A stretch of DNA of 63,109 nt, the filler included, from Choristocarpus tenellus KU-1152 (Eukaryota; Protista; Phaeophyceae): assembly GCA_964200185.2 (NCBI GenBank). It is 10 parts of 10 records of this genome, joined end to end, with 100 filler letters (N's around TTAATTAATTAA, not from the genome) between each part and the next. Parts side by side here need not be neighbours in the genome. Positions count along the whole stretch, not along the records: positions 37,144 to 42,556 come from CAXNAD020010866.1; positions 42,657 to 54,812 come from CAXNAD020001950.1; 8 more parts are not named here. One strand, 5' to 3'. Below are positions 39,062 through 50,604 of this stretch, in pieces. A model generated the notes under the pieces. That model searched no databases. It had not been told where the DNA came from and saw only the letters and a program-made list of their open reading frames with translations. How positions within the stretch are numbered: the stretch's first letter is position 1; each line of letters begins with the position of its first letter. The translations under genes and the position numbers were made by a program.

Positions 39062-40488
39062 ATGTCTCGTCGGAAGACACGCAAGCGTCGACGTGTGGAG
39101 AAAGATACAGTCCCGCCTGCGCCTATCTATGGCGTCCGAAGTTCACCTTCAACTCCTTGCTTATCGTTCTCTCAGCCCTTCACTTCTCTCGTGCTTTCTG
39201 GTCGAAAAACAGTTGACTCTCGATGGGGGTCTTGCTTGCACGATCTGTTCCGACGCAAGGGTGAGACCGATGTCATGGTATACTGTGCATACCATGACAT
39301 AGCGACACTTGGAGATATTGCAGGGAGAAAGTTATCTGGAGAGGACATGGTAGACGTATACAATAGCATCGACAACACTCCTCGTTGTGGTGAGTTCAAC
39401 CGTAATGGTTACGAAACACGTGAAAAAGCTGCAAACAAAAGCAGTGAACCCGCCGCTGCCGTTGCACCGCCTTAACAGATTCGCCCGATAACCACACCCT
39501 CTTATGCGTTCTGTATTCTTTGGATAGCCTTGGTGGGAATTGTGCGGGTGGTGGACAGCATGTTTGTTCCAGAGGAATCTCCTGATGTTGCAATCCTCAG
39601 CGAAAAGTGCTTCTGCTCTGTGGCTGGCAAATATGCTGCAATCCTCTCCAACCCCAGGTGAGTTCCTCCTTCTGATTCGACCCTTTACGTTGCATCATCT
39701 TGTGCAAATTAACCTGCCCTCTTTGCTCGACCTTCTTGAAGATATACGGCGATAAAACTTGCATGGACTTTGTGACACCACCACACCATACAACACGTAA
39801 GCCAGTCAACTGGTCCCATATCCACTGCTTCATCAAACGTCAGATGGATGGAGCATCCAGTGCCAGCCTCCCCTGCAAGGAAGGGCGTGTGGTCTGCGGC
39901 TGTGCCATGGGATTGCATGCCAAGGGTAGACCAGGACCTGGAGGCGAAGAAAAACAATATTTTAACAGCTCCATGTCCCGACAAGTTTTTGAACCCGGGG
40001 GAGCAGGTGTTGCATCCGATGCCCTGCCCTCAACACGACAAAGTGGTTCAAGAGACCCTACCGGACTCAGTCGCCGTATGGAGGAGAGGCTCGCCTCTGT
40101 CAGGTGAGACTCGAACTAGGATGGGAATGATATGTTACATATGGGAGGCTATCTTTCCACCGTATCACCAGTCATGAGAAGTAGTGTACGCAGTTGTTGA
40201 GCTGTGAAAGAGGAACGCTATGAATGCCAATAATTGTACCCTTAAGTTTTATTTTCTCTTTGAAACGAAGTTCACAAACGGTGTCACGGCGATGAAGCAG
40301 TCATTTTGTGACTGCTCTGCTGCTTTAACGTCTCCACAGTTACACCTGCACCTGCTCCTTGAAATGTTGCTGAAGTCAAGGATTAATCCTATCTGTGTCA
40401 CTAGGTCTAGGGCGCTGAATGAGGGCTCGCCCCAGTCCTGACCATCAACGCAGAACCCATTCTGAGTGTAGTGAACTGTCTGAATGCT

Positions 40489-40523
<35 letters not shown>

Positions 40524-41526
40524 CACAAGAAAAGCAACGGTCTAGATAACATATTACTGGGGAGACGTTTCAGTTCGTGAACACCTTGGAAGAGGACGCT
40601 ATCATTGGGGGCCTTGCCTTGTTTTGCCCCTGGTTCATTTGAGAGTACCCTACCCCCTCCTTTGCCTACCTACCATGTCGGTTTCTCTGCAGGGGGAATT
40701 CAAGCTGCTGAACTTGCAATACAATCCCTCCAGCCGGGGGTGAGCAATGGATGCCCAGTGCAGGATAAGGCGGCCAAAAACTACTGTGATTCGAGAACTT
40801 CATCACAGCACCCTCTTCCTGAAGAGGAAAGTGTCGAGGTGAACACTCCTGCTGTAGCAGGAGGAAACGGCAAGGGTCACCAGAACATTCACACATACTA
40901 CAATCACGATTCAGGAGCTAGGACAGGAAAATGTCAATCGGAAACATGCAACCAAGGAGTTGATCCCGATGCACCTCCGCCCTTCCCCCCTTGGGTCATG
41001 GCACTTCTTGAGATGTGTGTACCTCATAGGTGAGTGCACCTCGCTTCTTGACACCATTTGAAAACGCCTGGTGGTCTACATCTCCTTTTTGTCAAGGGGA
41101 TATGCAGTTACATGTTCTTTTTTGTGAACATAGAAATATATGTATATATATATATTTATTTTTTTGTGAAAAAAAAAAGTTTGAGACGCAACAACAATAA
41201 ACTCCCCAGTGTGGCATGTGTGTGTGTGTGTGAGTGTGTGTGTGTGTTCTCCAGCAGAGGGTTCCACTGCAAGCCATCAGACTTTTTTTTTTAATGGCCT
41301 TGATCACCATTCTTACCTAGCTTCGTTCTACGAGGATATCCGTCTCAATTAACAAATAAATTGTAGGTGTCTTTCAGAAACCCCTGCTCAGGTCTTACCG
41401 CCGGGCCTAGCCGATCGCTTAGAGACTGTGCCGTTGTCATGGAGTGACCAGCTTTCAGCCTCCTTCACTTTGGATTTTGATTTTGATTTTCCTGCTTCTT
41501 GCTTCTTTTTTCTTCTTGTGTGTTAG
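39062..41526 (+). CDS. ASCH-domain protein, EOLA1/CXorf40-like, with a low-complexity C-terminal extension; exons 39062-39389, 39528-39657, 39844-40103, 40693-41029, probable 41367-41526
   Basis: CLSFSQPFTSLVLSGRKTVDSRW (ASCH GxKxxxxR motif)...ALVGIVRV...KYAAILSNPR|WMEHPVP...KGVW, colinear with EOLA1-type proteins. All introns are in phase. Confidence 0.8.
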
Positions 41527-42656
41527 GGCATCGGTAGAGGAAGAAATGGGTCGAACTTTTTTCTATATATATATATATATTTATTTTTTTAACACTTTGC
41601 CCAATTAATTGTTTTGGTGTTGGCGGCCCACCCAATCAGAAGATGTTTTCTGTGCATTGCGTGGAGCTCTTTTACGCACGCGTCTTTTTACCCGTTGGGG
41701 TTTTTTAAAATATGCTTCTTTAAAAATATATATATATATGCACACAAGCGGGGGGGGGGGGTTTGCTTCTTTTTTTTTGCTATTTTTTTTTTAACCTCGA
41801 TCTACAGTCTGGACACGTCACGTTGTGTGTACGTATGACATGGATGTATGGATGGATGTATTTACTATTATTTTATCATCAACACTTTTTCAAGTGGAGG
41901 TGAATACTCCCCTCCGGAGCATGTTGATGCGCGTGTGTGCGGCTTGGTGTGTAGTTAGGGTGATGGGACGGACAGATCCACCTCTTGTTCATTGAAAAAG
42001 ACGTAGCAGTGATTCCTGCCAGGAAAGGCGGCAAGGCGTGCTGTAGTTGAAAAATAGTATTTTATTTATTTATTTATATTTTATTTATATTCGCGTCATG
42101 TTTTTTTTCTTCTCAAGTCGGTTTCGGAAGAATGCAATCGCGAAACTTCTTGTTACTGTTCTCAGATTGGCCTTGCGCGGTTGCTTCTTCCGCTTTTTTT
42201 GTTTGTTTCGATGTACATTTTTTTTTATTATTCTGAGCTACCTGTAGAAGCGTCAAGTGCAATGCGTCAGTTAAGTGATTAAGTATATAGTAGTACCGTT
42301 CTCGTCGCCCAATCACGAGCGCGAAATCGTTCCAAAGTGTTCTGATATTTGAATGACCGCCGACTTTAAAAGTCCTAAGGTTCAACACCTAAACGAAGAA
42401 CTGTGTGACATGAAAATGAGATACAGATATAAAGGTACGAGATTTTTTCATTTTCCTTTTTTTTTTTTTTTTTTTTTTTTAAGCACGAATTTAAAAATTT
42501 TATAAACCAATATCTCCAGGATTTTTTTTTTTTTTTTTTTTTTGGATTATGTTTTTNNNNNNNNNNNNNNNNNNNNNNNNNNNNNNNNNNNNNNNNNNNN
42601 TTAATTAATTAANNNNNNNNNNNNNNNNNNNNNNNNNNNNNNNNNNNNNNNNNNNN

Positions 42657-42732
42657 ATGAAAAAAACATGAGAAGCCAAGCCCCAAATGGACAAACAGGG
42701 CAAAACTCGTACCCTCTAAGATACTTTCATTC
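42657..42732 (-). mobile_element. MITE family copy F (end fragment, cut by spacer)
   Basis: AAGCCCCAAATGGACAAACAGGGCAAAACTCGTACCCTCTAAGATACTTTCA matches the reverse complement of the left end. Confidence 0.8.
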
Positions 42733-43532
42733 AAATATATGTGTGTATTTTTGTTTTTGTGTTAGTGTTTTTTATTTGAGTGGACTGAGTAGAGAGAGAG
42801 AGAGAGATGTGGGGGAAATGGTTAAAATACTTTATTTCAGAGTTTGAAAACTAAAGTTTTTTATTTTGATGTGTTTTTGCACTGTATATCCGTATGCAAA
42901 CTCTTTGTCTCGATGATTATACTGTGCTAGAAAAATATAGATTGCAAATTTTGTTATCAGGCTGTGTTAATGGCTTACATGTTCAAATTTAGTTAATAGC
43001 TTACATTAACTTTTGTTTAGTTAAAAGTTCTGTGTTGTTGCTCTAGCTGTGATGAGGTGGTCCTACACAATGATGATATCTTACTATCTTACTTGAGAAC
43101 TTCTTGCTATGTTCGGATTTATTGGGGTGCCTACTTTTTAAAACTTGGAACAGTGATAGTTCCTCACGGCCACTGGTATTCTAAGTTCCTCACGGCTGTC
43201 TCTCCCCTCCCCCCCGCTGTATTCCGTCAGTCGATCTGGATGTCCCCAAGAAGATGCAATACACTACTGAGGATTTTTTTTGTTTTTTATTGCAATACAC
43301 TACTGAGGAGAAGCTACGTGGTAGTACATTTATCTTTCACCAATATTTATCTTCCTTTGCTCTGTCAATATTTAAAAAACATAGAACAATATTGTGTTTA
43401 CATATTTTTTTCAAATATTATTATTATTATTATTATCGCTTTCCTCAATTCTCTCATCCGTCCGTCCATCCATTTGTTGCGAAATTCTGCTGACCCTAAC
43501 CCTATTACCACACCCAGTAGTTACAACAATGC

Positions 43533-43577
43533 CACCACTACCACTACCACTACCACTACCACTACCACTACCACTAC
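43533..43577. repeat. (ACCACT)n microsatellite upstream of the GARS acceptor
   Basis: Seen directly in the sequence. Confidence 0.9.
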
Positions 43578-43626
43578 TAGTAATAATAATATAATAGTAC
43601 TACATGTGTTGAACAACAACCTTCAG

Positions 43627-46600
43627 GTTATGGCGGAGCTTGAGGCACTGACAAGAGACCAGACTGCAGTGAAGTCCTTCCAGGCTACCCTTCAGACTGA
43701 CGGCAAAGCTGAACTGGGAGGGTTTGAGATTGTAAAGGGCATGGCGGAGTGGAAGGAAGTGTCTAAGACTGTCACGGAGAAGAAGTTCACGCCTTCTGTC
43801 ATTGAACCCTCTTTCGGTAAGATTTTTGTTTTTTTATTTTCGAGGTACATATATATATATATATGCATATATGTATGTATGTATGTGTGTGCTTGCTGTT
43901 TATGGTCATGTTGTAGCGGAGACGAAGATATTCATAGCGCTCCGTAGTAGTGCTCGTAGCAAGCGCTCCAGTTCAAAACATACAGTGTATGTATGATGGT
44001 GCAACACTACTGGCGTGAGATCGTCGTGTCGATCTGGTCCGAAACGAAAGGTGCATTAACTGTGTTTAAAGTTTCTTGAAGTGTTGAAATGTCAAAAATA
44101 AAATAAAAAAAAATTTCCAATAAGAATAATTAAAATGATTCTAACGCTGTCATGTTGTGAAAAATAAAATAAAATGAATAGTTCTGTCCAAGGCGTCTCT
44201 CTTTTGGTGGTTTTATCGTCTTTCTTGGGGTAATGATCAGGGATGGGTACGACACGTTTTGAGGTGTACTGATATTATTATTATTTACGTGCTCCAATGA
44301 CGGTATGTTTTCAATACCCATACCGTCACTTACGTATTTCACAGCAGTGATACCGTTATACCGGCTCTATTTTTTTCTATGTATTTACTTCCCTCGTAAG
44401 GAGTATGATGGACTCTTTTTTGTGTTTAAGAAGATAAAAATAGTATACAAATGTCGCTTATATACTGTTAGAGTTAGGGCTACTGCTTACATACGATGCA
44501 GGCACTTGCAAGGACCATGTACGTGGTACCAGTAACATTGAACAGTTTGGAACCTGAAGAACCTTGTGTATGTACATTATATCCATGAAAGTCTTTAGTA
44601 CGGTATTTATGTCTGGTTCATTATACCACTGTCGGTGAATGTTACAATGTCATACTGTTCTGACAGTATCCGATCTCTATTTGTCGGTGGGGATAGAGGG
44701 TTAGGGTTTATTAGGGTTTTTCTGGGTGTATTGTGGTATTCCACAGCCCTCCCCTGAAAAGATTGGGTTATCTTGCCTTTTATCTTGGTTCATTTTGTCT
44801 TCCGGTGGTGACGTCTTGTTTTTTTTTAAATCAAATATCAGGTGAGAAAGAGGGCTATTGTATACAGAAAGGCGTGTTTTGTTTATTAGGTCCTTGCAGG
44901 ACAAGGTGATGGTTGTTTTATTAACCAAAGGCTCAACGTATCTGGAGGAGGGGGGGGGGATCTACACCAGAGTGTCCATTTGGACCCTGACCAGGAAAAG
45001 TGCATTTACATTATCCATCCAATGCATTGACCAAAGCACTCGAAAATCACGACATGGAAAAATGGGCCCCAAATTGACGGCCGCCACCCCTCCCCCGCCA
45101 ATACCGGAGTGAAAGTATCTTAGAGGGTACGAGTTTTGCCCTGTTTGTCCATTTAAAGCTTGACTTCCTCCCACGGTGTTTTTTATGACATTTTCCATTC
45201 AATATCCAAAAGGTTTAGGAGAAGGTAAAATGTGTACGTTATGAAAAGGTGCGTCTGGAACATGGATATTGACACTTCCTAACAAACACAATTAGCCAAA
45301 ATTACATCAAAATTGCACATTGACTTTTCACCCCCAAAATGGACGCGGCTCTACCCTAACCCTAAGATACTTTCGCTCACTGTATTGTGCGTTTATAGTC
45401 TACCCCAGAAATGGAATGTTCAAACTGATGCTGAGCACAGAGGGAGCAGGTTATTTTTTTTGTGTAGATAGTGTGTTGGGTGATATTTTTAATATTTTTG
45501 TATTGTCTATCTTGCTCGTTCCGCTTTGTTCCATCCCTCTCTACGTTTGTGATTCTGCCAACTTTGCCTCAAATTATCCTCTTTTTTTTTTTAACTGTTT
45601 TTTGTGTTGTTTAACTGTTCATGTGATGCGTGTGCATGTGTGCATGTGTGCATGTGTGTGCTTGTATAGGCATGGGACGAATCTTATATTCATTGCTGGA
45701 GCATAGCTTCTACGTGCGTCCAGCGGATGAATCAGATGAGGCTGGTATGAAGCGCTCTGTCATGGCCTTCCGGCCGTCCATTGCACCCATTAAGTGCGCG
45801 GTGTTTCCCCTGAGCTCACAAGAAAGCTTCATGCCCTTGTGCACTCAAGTTATGGATGCATTGTCTGCCCGGCATTTGAGGTGTGGTTGTGCTTACTGTG
45901 TATCCTATTACAAGAGTTGACGTCTACATCATCTTTTTGATTCTTTTTTTTTGCACTTGAGTATGTCTTGGATGCACCCCTCTTTTAGTTTTTAGTTTTT
46001 GAGTAGGAAGAGTTTTTCCTTCTGTCAACGGTTTTTCATTCATCTGAAGCATTTTAAAATATGTTGAACAACTTGGATTGTGTTACATCCTCCAATATGA
46101 CACCCCCCCTTACACACACATTGTTGTTGCTTGCATCCATTTATGATATCTCTGGTTTTGCCGTTCAGTGTCAAGATGGATGCTAGCGGTGCAGCTCTTG
46201 GAAGGCGTTATGCTCGTCTGGATGAGATCGGCGTTCCCTTTGGTGTGACAGTAGACTTCAAGAGCACAGAAGATCGTACGGTGACGCTCCGTGAGAGGGA
46301 TAGCATGGCACAAGTCAGGTTGTCCTTGGATGAAGTGGCAGAGGTGGTACAATGTCTGGTTGCCGAGAACCTCACATGGAAGGTAAGGGCTATCTGCAAT
46401 GTACTTCGAAGTATCAGTTGCTTGGTACTATGGATTCTCCTTCAGAGTACTGATATCTGGTAAAATAAATTGTGCTTTGATATACACTGAGTGCTTGGTA
46501 CATAGGTTTCCTTAGTGCACTAAGTACCTCGTAAATTATATTGCGCTTTTAAAAGTACCAAGCATTTGGTACAAGAGATTGTCCTTCAGTTCAAGGTCTG

Positions 46601-47397
46601 AGTACATGAAGAAGTAAACTGTGCTTTTATTAGTACCGAGGGCTTGATGCAATGGTGCTTACGAGAATTGCATCCAGAGGAGAATTTTTGGGGTTGAAAA
46701 TGGTCCCATGTGATTGTTGTGTTGTCCCCCCTCCGCTACTCCCCTCCTTTGCCGAGTGGGTGTTTATTATTCTACATCAACTGTAAGGGTATCAGGTGTG
46801 CTCCATCCTCCTCAGTGTAGTAGTCTTGATGTTTTGTGCTTAGGGGACGTTGCATCAGTAAGTGAAACTGTAAACGATGTACTCCAATACACCCTACATC
46901 CTTGCACCTCACAACACGTTGATGTGTCCATCTTTGCTGTCACATGTAGACACCTACTTTTTCGTTGGAAAAATCGGTGCGATTGGTCGATTTTCTGACA
47001 GACGCTCGCACCAATGTCCCCACCCCTTTGGTGTCTGACTGGACCAGCAATTGAAAAGTTGTCTTAATATCTTGCTTGTGTGTTGCTCCGTCTACACTGT
47101 TGTTGGGACTTTCCATTGCCGATTTTGAGTGCGTTTTCACTTGCAGCCCAGACTTACGCCATTTGTTACCATGTTAATGTTGGTCACCCCTCACACACTC
47201 TCACCTTCAACCCATCTCCATTCCTCGACTTGATTGTTCTCTTCGTTTAGGATGTGATGGCGAAATTTACTGTAGTGGGTGGTGGTGAAGAGGAAAAGGT
47301 CAACACTGCAAGTGTTAGTGAGGGTCAGACAAGTGTTGAAAAGACTCAGGCTGCATCGTTTTCAAGGCCAAATCCTCCAATTGACGTAAAGTTTTAG
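43627..47397 (+). CDS. GARS: Glycine--tRNA ligase (eukaryotic/alpha2 type), 3' part; exons 43627-43816, 45670-45880, 46169-46382, 47251-47397
   Basis: Motif 3 PSVIEPSFG|[11 protein letters not shown] and the anticodon-binding domain [11 protein letters not shown]...[21 protein letters not shown]...VTLRERDS. Introns are in phase; stop at 47395-47397. Confidence 0.95.
45107..45378 (+). mobile_element. MITE family copy G in a GARS intron
   Basis: Both TIRs present; flanks accg/actg; the right TIR carries CCCTAACCCTAA. Confidence 0.9.
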
Positions 47398-49445
47398 GTT
47401 AAAATGTAACCACTTTTTCCTGGGCGTTTGTGTCCCCCTGTTGCAGTGATGCTCCGCGGCCTCTGCTGGGTGGATGCAGGGTTACAGTGAATTATTGCTG
47501 GGACTTCTTGTGAAAACATGTATTTTTTGTGGGGAGAAGATGGGGGGTTTGTTCTTTCTGGTGGATGAATAGGAGGGTAATAACACCGTTTCGTAGTTAA
47601 GGTTCCCTGCTGGCTGAGAATTGTATCTGTGCTTTAACCAGAACCGACAAGATTGGGTGAAGCGGACTGTTGTGTGTACAGCTCCTGTGCGCCTTATTGT
47701 AGAGTAATGGGTTGTCGTGGTGCGGTTAGTTCAATGGGTTGCCATCATGCAGTAAATAGAGTCCCCAGAAATCCTTGCATCAAAGTTCTATTTTGGTTTA
47801 ATGGTAATGCTTTTTTTGTTGGTCTAACCGGTGCATTTGGTTCCATCATCCCGCCTACCCTTTCTTGGTCTTAATGTGCATGACTCACTCCGTGCTATAG
47901 TTCTCTTGAGTGTTTGTTTGTTGTAAAGCCAGCCCTACAATTGATAGTATCCTAGTTTCACCATCACTTTGCTATACTTCTGCTCTGTTTTGGTGCCATA
48001 TCTGTTCAGGGTTCTAATTGGAAGGTCATGCTTAAGGTTAGGTTCTGAGTTAACAAAGACACACCTCGATTCAATTAACACAGAGCGAACTCACTCCTTC
48101 TCCCAACATGAGCTAGGTATATGAGGTTGTTTGCGGTACTACTCTTTGCAGGGTTCTTTATTTTCTATTGAAAACCACTTTGCAGTAGGAGATACACTTT
48201 TACTTCGAATGTTGGAAGGTCTTGATTGGTCAAGATTACTCCAAGTTATTGTTGCTGCCCGCAGAGTTGATGTGAACAAGGGCAAGAGTTCTAGGTAGAA
48301 AGCGATATCCCATGAACCTACCGTACGTAATCGCTTCAGGACTCACTACAAAAACTAAAACAGTGGGTGAATGTACATGGACTGTGAACAATGTGAGCCT
48401 GAGAGGTCACATCGTAGTGAGGATGATGAGAAGGATGATAACCCGTGCTGGGTGTGCAAGGAACGGTATAAATAAACAGGAGCCATAAAACTTACTGCAT
48501 GGCTTTAAAGTGTTCTTGTGTAGAACGGATGTAATGGGTTCGTTACCATGGAGAAATCTCATGCTGTGGCAGAAGGAAGAAGAGAAGCAGCTGTTGTGGC
48601 AGATGGATATTCTTTCCTTCAGCCACAAGTACAGACAGGAGATAAAACTTAATCGCAATGATTTTGATACTAACTAAGCGTGGGTTTTAGTTTAAGGGGC
48701 TTACAGAGTCTTCTGTTTGACACCATTCTTATGTCGGAAATACAGCTAACCTCTGCCAGAAGTCTGTGGTTGTAGAGGAGATGCTCGTATGTCTAAAATG
48801 TGACCATCCTCCACAAGTAGTACTATAAATATATTGATAATATATCAATGAGTCATTGCACAAAAAATCGAGGGTGCAGCAGCCGACAGGTTGAGGACCC
48901 ATGTCCTACTACTACATAAAATAATGCTCTTTCTATTGTGTCAAACACACACAAGAGTCGTGAGATAGTATATAATGGAACCATATTACGGTCATGCACA
49001 ATACGTTTGTACATACGTGCTACTACTGCATAAAATAATGCTCTTTCTAATGTGCCAAATACAGTAGTTGGAGATAGTACATAATGGAACAGCATTACTG
49101 TTACACGCATTTCGTTAATCATTGACAATATTACTTGCATACTTCTGTTAGGAATTAAATTCAACAGAACTTTTGCAATCTCTGTTCTCGCCCAGGAATG
49201 GCCCACACACCAACAATCTAGATGAGGCTTAGTTCCCATATAGAGGGCAGGAGGTGCAAATTTTGAGATGGTGGGCAGCCATGAGTAAGGATCACCAGTG
49301 CAAAGTTGACCAAATTGCATTTGACAGGGTTCAAAACCCCTCAGGAAACTGTCAAAGCAGGTATTTCTTAGAATGCATAGGAAACACCCCCCCCGCCGTC
49401 GGCTGTCATTCCCAATTCTTCCACCCAGAAGTCTGTCTGGGGTCA

Positions 49446-49705
49446 GAGTCAAAGTATCTTAGAGGGCAGAGCCGTGTCCATTTGGGGGCAAAAATCCCAT
49501 GTTCTGATTTTGATGAAATTTTGGCTGTTGTGTTGTTAGGAAGTGTCAATATTGTTCTGGACACACCTTTTCATAACATACACATTTTACCTACTACTCC
49601 GAACTTTGGATTTGGAAAATGTCACAGAAAAAACCCGTGAGAAGACGAGCCCTAAACGGACAAACAGGGAAAAACTCGTACCCTAACCCTAAGATACTTT
49701 CACTC
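49446..49705 (-). mobile_element. MITE family copy H inside the mariner remnant
   Basis: Both TIRs present; flanks tca/tcg; the family left TIR carries CCCTAACCCTAA. Confidence 0.9.
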
Positions 49706-50004
49706 TCGGGAATCAAACACCCCCCCCGACAAAGAACAGCGTGATGGCACAATGCCTGGAGGTGAGAGGGCGCGAGACTCAAATACCTCATATAACGGTG
49801 GCAGTCATCGTGGAGGACTTGGGGATTTCCCAGATGGCCATGTTCCATCATATGAAGGAGTGTGGCAGTTAGATTGCAGGAGGGCGAATACATGTCATGA
49901 GCCTTGTACAACGTCAAAAGGTGCAGTGTGGCCGCCGTGGAAGTTGGGTATTAGTAGACGATCTACATGACTGAGTGCATGCGAATGAGAAATGGTTTTA
50001 CATC

Positions 50005-50255
50005 GACCCAAAGCATTGAGGGTATGAGTTTTGTCCTGTTTGTCCGTTCGGAACTTGGCTTCCGACAGGTTTTTTTACCCTTTTTCGGTTATCTGTGTTA
50101 ACATTTCGGATTTCGGAGTAGGTAAAATGTGTAAGACCATGAAAGGTGATGTTGACACTTGCTAACGAACACAATAGCCAAAATTCATCAAAATCGCAAC
50201 ATTGCATTTATGACCCCGAGCGGACATGACCCTACCCTCTTAAATGATTTGGGTC
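50005..50255 (+). mobile_element. MITE family copy I (diverged, GACCCAAA...TTTGGGTC termini) inside the mariner remnant
   Basis: Colinear with the family; flanks atc/att. Removing it restores the transposase segment KWFYI-LKDGQ. Confidence 0.8.
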
Positions 50256-50345
50256 ATTCTCAAAGATGGGCAAGATGGGCAAGATGTGTACCTGCACCCC
50301 ACCCCACTGAGGACCCCCTCAAACCCCCACAGGCACAGAAGAAGC

Positions 50346-50604
50346 GAGTGAAAGTATCTTAGAGGGTATGGGCTTTTGCCTGTTTGTCCATTTGGGGCTT
50401 GGCTTCCCAGGGGTTTTAAGTAACATTTTACCTACTGCAAAATGATTCAGAGTAGGTAACGTGTGTATGTTATGAAAAAGTGTGTCTGGAACAAGGATAT
50501 TGACATCTCCTAACAAACACGATGGCCAAACTTACATTAAAATCATAACATTGGATTTGGGACGTCAAATAGACGCGGCTCTACCCTCTAAGATACTTTG
50601 ACTC
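50346..50604 (+). mobile_element. MITE family copy J inside the mariner remnant
   Basis: Both TIRs present; perfect 3-bp TSD agc/agc. Removing it restores QKKRYILKVMFLAALA. Confidence 0.92.

Noticed and set aside
43057-43947. 296-aa ORF as a full protein
   Set aside because: Only 43627-43816 is a GARS exon. The rest is intron and microsatellite read-through.
48853-49452. 199-aa minus-strand ORF as a gene, or a Fanzor/TnpB associated with the mariner
   Set aside because: It is antisense to the mariner remnant and runs through a short direct repeat (48908-48988 / 49022-49098). I recognised no RuvC or zinc-finger motifs here or elsewhere in the window.
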